A DNA stretch of 9,792 bases from a virus (lineage: Duplodnaviria; Heunggongvirae; Uroviricota; Caudoviricetes), in the IMG/VR virus record IMGVR_UViG_2606217116_000003. One strand, written 5' to 3'. A program made the translations under genes and the position numbers. The notes under the pieces are model-generated. The model did no database searches. It was given only the letters and a program-made list of their open reading frames with translations, and was not told where the DNA came from. How positions within the stretch are numbered: the stretch's first letter is position 1; every line of letters begins with the position of its first letter. Positions 1-7,559 of this stretch are shown one piece after another.

Positions 1-1164
1 TTACGCCTTCTTTATATCCTCCATAATTCCACAGTGGGACATATTTGGGACATTATCACCAAAAATGTCGTCTATTTTCCTTGCATGCTCTGTCAAATGA
101 TTAGGCGCAAGGTGAGCATACCTACGAACCATTTCTATGGACTCCCATCCGCCCATTTCCTGAAGCACAGATAATGGGACGCCTGACTGGATCAGCCAGC
201 TTGCCCAGGTGTGTCTGAGGTCATGGAAACGGAAATCTTCAATTCCTGCACGACGACAAGCTGATAGCCATGATGTCTTGCTGTCGATGCGCATCTTCCT
301 GACCGCAGGCGTTGATGTTCCATCTGCTCGCTTAGCCGCCTTGGTATGTACAAACACCCATTTGTGATGCTTGCCTATTTGATCACGCAACACTTTACAG
401 GCGGTATCGTTCAGCGCCACACCAATGGCGCGGTTTGATTTGCTCTCTTCTGGATTCACCCAGGCAACTCGTCGCTGCATGTCGATTTGTTGCCATTCCA
501 GATTTATGATGTTCGACTTTCTCAGACCAGTTGCCAGCGCAAACTTGACGACAGATTTCAGTGGTTCGGGGCACTCATCAATAAGGCGTTTTGCTTCCTC
601 CTTTTCCAGCCATCTGACTCGCTTGTTTCTGACCGCTGGTATCTTGATGACAGGCGCTTTTTCCAGCCACTTCCAGTCGCGTTCTGCAGCACGGAGAATG
701 GCCTTTATCATGGCAAGATGCTTTGCCTTTGTCTGAGTTGATACTGGCTTTGGTTCATAAACAGGCGGTTCTTTACCTTTCCTGATGGCGGCCTGAACTT
801 TCTGTTTCCATATTTCTTTCGTCTTTCTGTTATGCATTCTGCTTACAGCAGAGTAAATCTTTGCCTCCGAGATATCTTTAAGCCTTATACCCTCAAAATG
901 TTCAAGCCAGAACTCAATCCGGCTTTTATCTGAATCGAGAGATTTTTTATCAGCTTTTTCCTCAAGCCATCTTAGGCAGGCCTCTTCAAAAGTGACATCA
1001 GGTAAATCCCCTAGCTTTTCTACTCGCCAGAGTTCTGCTTTTCGCTTGTCGTGCAACTCCTGAGCTTGCCGCTTGTCCTTTGTGCCAAGAGATTCCTTAA
1101 TTCGTTTCCCGCCCGGGAGCGAATACGAGGCATACCATATTTCATTTCTGCGGAAGAGTGACAT
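1..1164 (-). CDS. int: Phage integrase, tyrosine recombinase (P22/DLP12-type lambdoid Int), 387 aa
   Basis: Full-length ORF from ATG at 1164 to stop at 1-3. Translation has the tyrosine-recombinase catalytic signature (R in ...ATGLRKSNI..., [11 protein letters not shown], ...VRRYAHL). N-terminus [23 protein letters not shown] matches recalled DLP12/P22-type integrases. Gene ends at the window edge, so att is off-window. Confidence 0.93.
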   Translation of the reverse strand: MSLFRRNEIWYASYSLPGGKRIKESLGTKDKRQAQELHDKRKAELWRVEKLGDLPDVTFEEACLRWLEEKADKKSLDSDKSRIEFWLEHFEGIRLKDISEAKIYSAVSRMHNRKTKEIWKQKVQAAIRKGKEPPVYEPKPVSTQTKAKHLAMIKAILRAAERDWKWLEKAPVIKIPAVRNKRVRWLEKEEAKRLIDECPEPLKSVVKFALATGLRKSNIINLEWQQIDMQRRVAWVNPEESKSNRAIGVALNDTACKVLRDQIGKHHKWVFVHTKAAKRADGTSTPAVRKMRIDSKTSWLSACRRAGIEDFRFHDLRHTWASWLIQSGVPLSVLQEMGGWESIEMVRRYAHLAPNHLTEHARKIDDIFGDNVPNMSHCGIMEDIKKA

Positions 1165-1391
1165 TTTCTTTCCTCTGTTATGCCATCACCCGCGCTCACC
1201 TGGACAGTATGCAGCGGAGACTGAAGCGCCGCAATGCAAGCTTGCCGTGTTGTGAGGTAAGGAGATTTTGGCTTGGTTGGATCTTTACGTGTTGCCTGTA
1301 GGCGGCCTGTTCGTATCCAGTTGGTGGCGGTTGGTCTGGATATCTTAAGAAACTGACAGGCCTCATCGAGTGTGAGGCTGTATGGCTCCAT
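1020..1391 (-). CDS. xis: Excisionase / recombination directionality factor (AlpA/Xis-like HTH)
   Basis: ATG at 1389-1391 preceded by GGTGA RBS. N-terminal [31 protein letters not shown] is a typical Xis/AlpA helix-turn-helix. Sits immediately upstream of int and overlaps it. The 3' end is uncertain because the ORF runs about 145 nt into int. Confidence 0.6.
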   Translation of the reverse strand: MEPYSLTLDEACQFLKISRPTATNWIRTGRLQATRKDPTKPKSPYLTTRQACIAALQSPLHTVQVSAGDGITEERKCHSSAEMKYGMPRIRSRAGNELRNLLAQRTSGKLRSCTTSEKQNSGE

Positions 1392-1696
1392 TATTTCACC
1401 TCTTGCTGTGTCATTGTTGAAAAATGGATACCAGCTCGTTGCTGCCAGACGATCCAACCGAGAGTCATATCCCATGCCATGTATTCGTTATCGCCGTTTT
1501 TTGCTCTCCGACGATCTACTAAGTCACCGAAACGCTTTTCCATGAATAATTCATAGGCTTCGCGTTCAACTGGCTCTACTTCCAGAGATACGAGTGCGAT
1601 TTCATAAGCACGGCGCTCAATATCGTCTCGAACCTCTAGGCTGCTGATTCGTTCTTTGATTTCTTTAATCAGTTCTTTATTGGTAAATGTGGTCAT
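1391..1696 (-). CDS. yfdT: Hypothetical prophage protein, YfdT-like (101 aa)
   Basis: 101-aa ORF whose stop overlaps the xis start (TAATG), indicating translational coupling. Length and position after a yfdS-like gene match the recalled CPS-53 yfdQRST arrangement. No function inferable from sequence. Confidence 0.55.
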   Translation of the reverse strand: MTTFTNKELIKEIKERISSLEVRDDIERRAYEIALVSLEVEPVEREAYELFMEKRFGDLVDRRRAKNGDNEYMAWDMTLGWIVWQQRAGIHFSTMTQQEVK

Positions 1697-2058
1697 TATG
1701 CTCCAGCCTCCGGTGCTTTTGGCATTACTGCCCAGTGAGTGATATTGACGTTTTCAAGGTCCCCGACCTGAAATGTCCACTGCCATTCTCCGGTTTCTTT
1801 TTGTCCCCAGGTGTACCAGAGAGAACGCCAGCCAATCAGCCAGCCTTCTCCATTAGCATCAAATAACAGAACACTTTCATTTGCTGGTGGCAGTTCAGCT
1901 GACACTGGTATTATTTTGTTTTCCAGTGCCGCACATTTAGCTTCAAGCGCGTCGAATTTACGTACCAGGTACTCAGCATTTGTTTCGTTCACTTTCAGAT
2001 CTCGCGGTACACATTTCCCGCGAAGAAACCCTTCCATTTCGAAAACATTCATGCGCAT
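1696..2058 (-). CDS. yfdS: DUF551-like phage protein, YfdS-like (120 aa)
   Basis: 120-aa ORF with the C-terminal W-rich motif ending ...NITHWAVMPKAPE typical of DUF551 phage proteins. Overlaps the upstream gene by 10 nt and abuts the downstream gene by 1 nt, consistent with an operon. Confidence 0.6.
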   Translation of the reverse strand: MRMNVFEMEGFLRGKCVPRDLKVNETNAEYLVRKFDALEAKCAALENKIIPVSAELPPANESVLLFDANGEGWLIGWRSLWYTWGQKETGEWQWTFQVGDLENVNITHWAVMPKAPEAGA

Positions 2059-2585
2059 TTGCGTAACTCCGATAAATCGTTAAAACGTTCCATAAACATC
2101 CCGTAGGCATGACCCGGTGCCAGTGGAATCACGTTGAACATCTCTGTTGCCGGGATGCCTTCCAGTACAGGCCAGAAAGAGCCATCATCAAGCCCGAGAT
2201 CGCGGCGTTCGGTTGCCAGCATGATGAGATCGGCATATTTCACGGGTGTACTCATAACTGGGGGTAACCCGTATTTCTCACGGATTACGGCGTCTATTTT
2301 TTCTTCCATCCGTTTATAGTCAGGAAGAAGGCGTTTCAGTGGTGCGGGAATGTCCTGGCAATACGCTTCTGTTGCATCATGCATTAACGCTTCAAAAGCA
2401 AATTCCTGCGGCACCAGCTGGCTGCAAAGAACCGCATGTTGGGCGACGCTGTAGAAGTGCGAAAGATGACCGGCAAAGCGACAGATATTTGAAAGGGAAA
2501 CCGCGATATCGTTAATATCGATGTCGTCTTTATTTATCTTGTCATAATAAAAATGCTTCCCGGAAAAAGTTTTAATAAATGACAT
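2049..2585 (-). CDS. yfdR: HD-domain phosphohydrolase, YfdR-like (putative 5'-deoxynucleotidase), 178 aa
   Basis: Likely true start is the internal ATG at 2583-2585 (MSFIKTFSGKHF...) preceded by a GGAGAA RBS, not the track start at 2612. HD motif is visible (...FEALMHDATEAYCQD...). Recalled as near-identical to E. coli YfdR. Confidence 0.8.
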   Translation of the reverse strand: MSFIKTFSGKHFYYDKINKDDIDINDIAVSLSNICRFAGHLSHFYSVAQHAVLCSQLVPQEFAFEALMHDATEAYCQDIPAPLKRLLPDYKRMEEKIDAVIREKYGLPPVMSTPVKYADLIMLATERRDLGLDDGSFWPVLEGIPATEMFNVIPLAPGHAYGMFMERFNDLSELRKCA

Positions 2586-2712
2586 TTTGTTCTCCACGTA
2601 TATGCACTGCACCGCGCTGAATTCTGGTAAAAGGAAGCCCTCACCATCCGGCGATTATTGAGTTAATTACGTTTCCATAAATGCCCCCGCAGGGGCATTT
2701 GCAGTAATGAAA

Positions 2713-3276
2713 TCAGGCGGTGAAAGTACCAATAAAGGTTTCTACTTTGCTGTCTTTGAATTTCTCAACAAGCAGATCACGAAATTCGTTAGCCATTTCT
2801 TCCTGCACCGCTTCCAGCTGAATAATGCGCAGAACCAGTACAGGACGATCGCCAGTGATAATGCTGAGGCGTAATTTAAACGGACGTTCTTTCAGACCTT
2901 CAAACGGAACGCATTTAAATTCAAATGCCACTGGCATAATGTCTTTGGTCTTCGCTTCGACAGACTCCATCAGGGAGCGTTTGCCGCTGAAGTCATTATC
3001 TTCAAAATCAGCGGTCTGGTTTGCTTCAATCGTGATTTTACGGACTGCCGCAGCCGCTTTTGTTGCCTGAATGGCGTCACCATTAGCATCAAAGCCCACA
3101 AGGTAGTCGGCCCAGTCTTCGATCCATTCTGCCAGTGACTTCTGGGAGTTACGCTCGCCGTTAACAGACAACAGAGCAGAGAACGGTGCTGTCTTTTTCA
3201 GTTTGAGAGTGGCAGTGTTATCTGCGTGACCTGGCTCATCAATAGTACCCAGGTTAAGCACACTGACGGCACGCAT
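2713..3276 (-). CDS. yfdQ: YfdQ-like (DUF2303-family) prophage protein, probably 5'-truncated
   Basis: ORF from the first ATG at 3276. The same frame stays open about 71 codons further upstream with no ATG/GTG/TTG and crosses the Q start on the other strand. This implies the gene lost its 5' end at a deletion junction. Confidence 0.55.
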   Translation of the reverse strand: MRAVSVLNLGTIDEPGHADNTATLKLKKTAPFSALLSVNGERNSQKSLAEWIEDWADYLVGFDANGDAIQATKAAAAVRKITIEANQTADFEDNDFSGKRSLMESVEAKTKDIMPVAFEFKCVPFEGLKERPFKLRLSIITGDRPVLVLRIIQLEAVQEEMANEFRDLLVEKFKDSKVETFIGTFTA

Positions 3277-3443
3277 ATTATCGGCATCGATAAAGCAGCG
3301 GGTGCCTTCATCTGCAAGATCTTTAGAATAACGGGTACCGTGGCATTTGAAGAGAAGTATGGCTCCCAGCTGGAGCTGATATTTCGTTTTATCGATCGCG
3401 CACTGGCGATTGGTGTGCTGGCCTGATTTTGTGGAGAAAGTTA

Positions 3444-3827
3444 ATGCGTGATATTCAGATGGTTCTTGAACGTTGGGGAGCGTGGGCGGCTAATAATCAT
3501 GAAGATGTGACCTGGTCGTCCATTGCCGCCGGTTTTAAGGGATTAATTCCTTCAAAAGTAAAATCTCGCCCGCAATGTTGTGACGATGACGCGATGATCA
3601 TTTGCGGGTGCATGGCCCGTCTGAAAAAGAACAACAGCGATTTGCACGATTTATTAGTAGATTATTATGTAGTCGGTATGACATTCATGTCACTGGCAGG
3701 TAAGCATTGCTGCTCTGATGGTTATATCGGGAAAAGGTTACAGAAGGCTGAGGGCATAATTGAAGGGATGTTAATGGCATTAGATATCCGGTTAGAGATG
3801 GATATCGTTGTTAATAACTCTAATTAA
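3444..3827 (+). CDS. quuD: Late-gene antiterminator Q (DLP12 QuuD-like, 127 aa)
   Basis: ATG at 3444 with GGAGAAAG RBS; the track's TTG at 3429 is rejected as the start. Small Cys-rich protein ([12 protein letters not shown]...HCCSDGY) recalled as matching DLP12 Q. Position immediately upstream of the late/lysis region fits. Confidence 0.75.
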   Translation: MRDIQMVLERWGAWAANNHEDVTWSSIAAGFKGLIPSKVKSRPQCCDDDAMIICGCMARLKKNNSDLHDLLVDYYVVGMTFMSLAGKHCCSDGYIGKRLQKAEGIIEGMLMALDIRLEMDIVVNNSN

Positions 3828-3860
3828 TATGCCAATTGTTTACTAAAAATTATTAAAAAT

Positions 3861-3878
3861 GGGGCGTTGAGACGCCCC
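3861..3878 (-). terminator. Intrinsic terminator for leftward transcription (porin transcript end)
   Basis: Perfect 7-bp stem GGGGCGT/ACGCCCC with a 4-nt loop. On the minus strand it is followed by a U-rich run (AUUUUUAAUAAUUUUU). It lies between the convergent Q and porin genes. Confidence 0.5.
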
Positions 3879-4015
3879 CAAAAATAAAGGGTAATATATA
3901 ACAGAAGGTTTATATAGTTAGAAGCAAGGTTGTGCTTCTAAAGGAAGTGGCTGGAGGGACCATTTATATGTGGGGGAGCCACCCCCCCCCGCAACATATC
4001 TTTTTCGTAATCAGA

Positions 4016-5113
4016 TTAGAACTGGTAAACCAGACCTACAGCAACGATGTCATCAGTGCTTACACCGAGTGCTTTAGTGAAGTCATTTTTGTCAAGCAGG
4101 TTGATTTTGTAATCAACGAAAGTAGACATATTTTTGTTGAAGTAATAGGTTGCACCTACATCAACATATTTGACTAAGTCCTGATCGCCCCATACTCCAA
4201 GATCCTTACCTTTAGATTGCAGGTAAGCAACGGACGGACGCAGACCGAAATCGAACTGATATTGTGCAACAGCTTCGAAGTTTTGGGCTTTATTAGCAAC
4301 GAAGTGATCAGCAAATACAGTCATATTCTGGGTTTCAGAATAGGTAGTGGCCAGGTAAATGTTGTTAGCGTCATATTTCAGACCTGCGGCCCAAACTTCT
4401 GCATTTTTACCGGAAGCAAATACTTCAGGAAGAACTTTCCCTGCATTAACTTGAGTGTCGGTACGATCAGATTTCGCATAAGTTGCACCGATACCGAATC
4501 CTTCGTATTCATAGGTAGCAGAGAAACCGAAGCCATCACCGTTACCTTCAGTGTAGTTATCGAAATCGCTACGATCGTTTTTGCCTTGGTACTGAGCAGC
4601 AAAGTTCAGACCATCAACCAGACCAAAGAAGTCGTTGTTACGATAGGTTGCAACACCAGTGGTGCGACCAGTCATGAACACATCTGTTTGGGTCCAGGTA
4701 TCGCCACCGAATTCTGGCAGAACGTCAGTCCACGCACCGATGTCGTATGCTACACCGTAGTTACGGCCGTAATCGATTGAGCCGTAGTCACCGAATTTCA
4801 GGCCTGCAAATGCAAGACGGGTTTTGTCTTTGGAGGAACCTTGAGATTCAGCGCGGTTGCCTTTGAATTCATATTCCCACTGACCGAAACCAGTCAGTTG
4901 ATCGTTGATTTGGGTTTCACCTTTGAAGCCAAGACGGGCATAAGTAGTATCACCATCATCTGCATCATTAGAGGAGAAGTAGTGCTTAGCATTAACTTTC
5001 CCGTACAGATCCAGCTTGTTACTGTCTTTATTATAAATTTCAGCTGCCTGAGCAGACATCGCCATCAGTACTGATGCAGCTACAGCAGAAATTGCCACTG
5101 TTAATTTTTTCAT
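4016..5113 (-). CDS. nmpC: Outer-membrane general porin, NmpC/Lc (OmpC/OmpD family), prophage moron, 365 aa
   Basis: True start is [23 protein letters not shown] (signal peptide) at ATG 5111-5113; the track's upstream start at 5173 adds 20 aa with no signal-peptide logic. Classic porin motifs and C-terminal ...VGLVYQF. Appears intact. Confidence 0.9.
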   Translation of the reverse strand: MKKLTVAISAVAASVLMAMSAQAAEIYNKDSNKLDLYGKVNAKHYFSSNDADDGDTTYARLGFKGETQINDQLTGFGQWEYEFKGNRAESQGSSKDKTRLAFAGLKFGDYGSIDYGRNYGVAYDIGAWTDVLPEFGGDTWTQTDVFMTGRTTGVATYRNNDFFGLVDGLNFAAQYQGKNDRSDFDNYTEGNGDGFGFSATYEYEGFGIGATYAKSDRTDTQVNAGKVLPEVFASGKNAEVWAAGLKYDANNIYLATTYSETQNMTVFADHFVANKAQNFEAVAQYQFDFGLRPSVAYLQSKGKDLGVWGDQDLVKYVDVGATYYFNKNMSTFVDYKINLLDKNDFTKALGVSTDDIVAVGLVYQF

Positions 5114-5540
5114 CGTGAGCCCTTTTTTTGAACTATTATTAAAAAATGATGTCACTGCGCGATAAATATTCATCTAATCAATGTGATTATTTCAAGATGT
5201 AAGTTTTGGTTTCTCGTTTGATTTGTGAAGTAGATCTCTATTTTTATCTGAACTTTTTTCTATCGAATCCTATTCATAGCTCTTTGCTGAATAAAAATAA
5301 ATCTATTAGCCAATTTATATTAACGGCTGTTATTTATAAGCGCTCTATAATTTGAAGGTTCAATTTAAATAAGCTAAAAATAACACTGGAAATAATTTGT
5401 TGGTTATTTGTTGAGATTTGCTTATGTATTTGTAGTGGTGTTTTCAATACTCGGTAGCATTCTCGCAAATATCATTTAGTGGTTTACGTACGTAAAAAAT
5501 TGGTTATGCTGTTAAGAGTGGTTACTTCGTCACACAGCTT

Positions 5541-5574
5541 AAACCCGCCGTCGAGCGGGTTTTTCCATTTTTTG
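5541..5574 (+). terminator. tR'-like intrinsic terminator upstream of the lysis genes
   Basis: Stem AAACCCGC/GCGGGTTT (8 bp, 6-nt loop) followed by TTTCCATTTTTTG, on the + strand about 110 nt upstream of the holin start. Confidence 0.7.
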
Positions 5575-5685
5575 AGTCTCGATATTAGCTGATAACCCAA
5601 TACCTGAGTTATTCACTGACTCCGAGTCTGTTACGTTTCGTAGTATTCCCTCAATTTACACCCGCTTTGTCTGCGAGGTGGGGTT

Positions 5686-5901
5686 ATGAAATCCATGGAT
5701 AAGTTAACAACGGGTGTCGCCTATGGCACCTCAGCAGGTAGTGCCGGGTACTGGTTTTTACAGCTGCTAGATAAAGTCACGCCCTCACAGTGGGCGGCAA
5801 TTGGAGTGCTGGGTAGCCTGGTATTTGGCCTGCTGACGTACCTGACAAACCTTTATTTCAAGATTAAAGAAGATAAGCGCAAGGCTGCGAGAGGTGAATA
5901 A
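5686..5901 (+). CDS. S: Class II holin / pinholin with dual-start motif (phage 21 S-like, 71/68 aa)
   Basis: GAGGTGGGG RBS, then MKSMDK... giving Met1 and Met4 starts (antiholin/holin pair). Two transmembrane segments ([19 protein letters not shown] and [17 protein letters not shown]), charged C-terminus. Stop overlaps the next ATG (TAATG). Confidence 0.85.
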
Positions 5902-6125
5902 TGTCGCCATCATTACGCAAGGCTGTAGCAGCTGCTATTGGTGGTGGGGCTGTTGCCATAGCGTCTGTGCTCATCACTGGTCCGAGTGGTGACGATGGTC
6001 TGGAAGGTGTCAGCTACATACCATATAAAGATATTGTTGGTGTATGGACTGTATGTCACGGGCATAACCGCGATTATCTCCGCTCTGGTTATCTGCATCA
6101 TCGTCGGCCTGTCATGGGCTGTTAA
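5901..6125 (+). pseudogene. R: SAR-endolysin (R21-like lysozyme) remnant: N-terminal SAR domain and catalytic-triad region only
   Basis: First about 55 codons ([55 protein letters not shown]) match a SAR endolysin N-terminus. The reading frame then runs out of frame into Rz-derived sequence and stops at 6125. The C-terminal lobe of the enzyme is absent. Confidence 0.75.
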
Positions 6126-6516
6126 TCATTACCGTGATAACGCCATTACCTACAAAGCCCAGCGCGACAAAAATGCCAGAGAACTGAAGCTGGCGAACGC
6201 GGCAATTACTGACATGCAGATGCGTCAGCGTGATGTTGCTGCGCTCGATGCAAAATACACGAAGGAGTTAGCTGATGCGAAAGCTGAAAATGATGCTCTG
6301 CGTGATGATGTTGCCGCTGGTCGTCGTCGGTTGCACATCAAAGCAGTCTGTCAGTCAGTGCGTGAAGCCACCACCGCCTCCGGCGTGGATAATGCAGCCT
6401 CCCCCCGACTGGCAGACACCGCTGAACGGGATTATTTCACCCTCAGAGAGAGGCTGATCACTATGCAAAAACAACTGGAAGGAACCCAGAAGTATATTAA
6501 TGAGCAGTGCAGATAG
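5986..6516 (+). CDS. Rz: i-spanin Rz homolog lacking its native start; frame open upstream into the endolysin remnant
   Basis: From about 6067 the translation ([40 protein letters not shown]...QKYINEQCR) matches recalled lambda Rz nearly residue for residue, but the native MSRV start is missing. Upstream in-frame starts exist (GTG 5986, ATG 5995) inside out-of-frame endolysin sequence. Confidence 0.75.
   Translation: MVTMVWKVSATYHIKILLVYGLYVTGITAIISALVICIIVGLSWAVNHYRDNAITYKAQRDKNARELKLANAAITDMQMRQRDVAALDAKYTKELADAKAENDALRDDVAAGRRRLHIKAVCQSVREATTASGVDNAASPRLADTAERDYFTLRERLITMQKQLEGTQKYINEQCR
6275..6457 (+). CDS. Rz1: o-spanin Rz1 lipoprotein, embedded in the +1 frame of Rz
   Basis: AAGGAG RBS then ATG at 6275. 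[20 protein letters not shown] lipobox followed by a proline-rich segment ([15 protein letters not shown]). 60 aa, matching recalled lambda Rz1. Confidence 0.88.
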   Translation: MRKLKMMLCVMMLPLVVVGCTSKQSVSQCVKPPPPPAWIMQPPPDWQTPLNGIISPSERG

Positions 6517-6547
6517 AGCTGCCCATATCGATGGGCAACTCATGCAA

Positions 6548-6841
6548 TTATTGTGAGCAATACACACGCGCTTCCAGCGGAGTATAAATGCCTAAAGTAA
6601 TAAAACCGAGCAATCCATTTACGAATGTTTGCTGGGTTTCTGTTTTAACAACATTTTCTGCGCCGCCACAAATTTTGGCTGCATCAACAGTTTTCTCCTG
6701 TCCAATTCCCGAAACGAAGAAGTGATGGGTGATGGTTTCCTTTGGTGTTACTGCTGTCGGTTTGTTTCCAACAGTAAACGTCTGTTGAGCACATCCTGTA
6801 ATAAGCATTGCCAGAGCGGCAGAAAACAACATTTTTTTCAT
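6548..6841 (-). CDS. bor: Bor lipoprotein (serum-resistance-associated, Iss family), 97 aa
   Basis: True start is the internal MKKMLFSAALAMLITGC (lipobox) at about 6841, not the track start at 6889. Remainder matches recalled lambda Bor (...ETITHHFFVSGIGQ...LEARVYCSQ). Confidence 0.9.
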   Translation of the reverse strand: MKKMLFSAALAMLITGCAQQTFTVGNKPTAVTPKETITHHFFVSGIGQEKTVDAAKICGGAENVVKTETQQTFVNGLLGFITLGIYTPLEARVYCSQ

Positions 6842-7200
6842 CTTATTATCCTGCATTGTTAAAAACGGCAGAATCCTATGTGACAACAATTAAACGATAG
6901 TTAAATGGATTGATGAAAATTAAAACTATATAGGTGGATGCTCAGCCTATTGGAGGAGGGGGGCACTCAGAATCCTGTGGAATGAAATAAACCGCTCTTT
7001 CTGTCCATTACCCTTTTAGCTGCGCTGTATCGTCGCCGTATTCCCGCATTAACCATGACCGTAGCCCGACGGGGAATTCCTTCTGCGTGAGTGTGCGGGA
7101 ATAATCAAAAACGATGCACACCGGGTTTTACTGTGCTGACAGACGCAGGGTTACCCTCATAGTCGCTTTTCCGGTGCGATGGTGGAAGAAACCGGGATGT

Positions 7201-7395
7201 TTATTCATCATCACTTTGGATTGATGTATATGCTCTCTTTTCTGACGTTAGTCTCCGGCGGCAGGCTTCAATGACCCAGGCTGAGAAATTCCCGGACCCT
7301 TTTTGCTCAAGAGCGATGTTAATTTGTTCAATCATTTGGTTAGGAAAGCGGATGTTGCGGGTTGTTGTTCTGCGGGTTCTGTTCTTCGTTGACAT
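7201..7395 (-). CDS. ylcI: Small basic protein, YlcI/DUF3950-like (64 aa), adjacent to cos
   Basis: 64-aa ORF (MSTKNRTRRTTTRNIRFPNQMIEQINIALEQKGSGNFSAWVIEACRRRL...). The basic N-terminus followed by a short helix is reminiscent of ribbon-helix-helix proteins. Conserved position just upstream of cos in lambda-like genomes, as recalled. Confidence 0.55.
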   Translation of the reverse strand: MSTKNRTRRTTTRNIRFPNQMIEQINIALEQKGSGNFSAWVIEACRRRLTSEKRAYTSIQSDDE

Positions 7396-7559
7396 GAGGT
7401 TGCCCCGTATTCAGTGTCGCTGATTTGTATTGTCTGAAGTTTTTTTTACGTTAAGTTGATGCAGATCAATTAATACGATACCTGCGTCATAATTGATTAT
7501 TTGACGTGGTTTGATGGCGTAGATGCACGTTGTGACATGTAGATGATAATTATTATCAT

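Noticed and set aside
425-741. Plus-strand ORFs of 103 and 84 aa inside the integrase gene
   Set aside because: They are antisense to a well-supported integrase CDS, with low-complexity translations and no RBS logic. Treated as shadow ORFs.
3429-3443. TTG start for Q proposed by the ORF track
   Set aside because: An ATG with a good GGAGAAAG RBS lies 15 nt downstream and gives the 127-aa product expected for this Q family.
3861-3878. Reading the Q-distal hairpin as a + strand terminator for Q
   Set aside because: The U-rich tract is on the minus-strand side only. On the + strand the hairpin is followed by A-rich sequence.
4217-5074. Plus-strand ORFs (187 and 77 aa) and minus ORF 4378-4602 within the porin gene
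   Set aside because: Alternate-frame or antisense shadows of the porin CDS.
5114-5173. 20-codon N-terminal extension of the porin ORF from an upstream ATG at 5173
   Set aside because: The extension precedes a canonical signal peptide that starts at its own Met ([23 protein letters not shown]). The internal ATG at about 5113 is the functional start.
6890-7200. Search for a coding gene in the 310-bp bor-to-ylcI spacer
   Set aside because: No ORF of meaningful length with a start and RBS was found. The region looks like a deletion-shortened version of the lambda right-end spacer.
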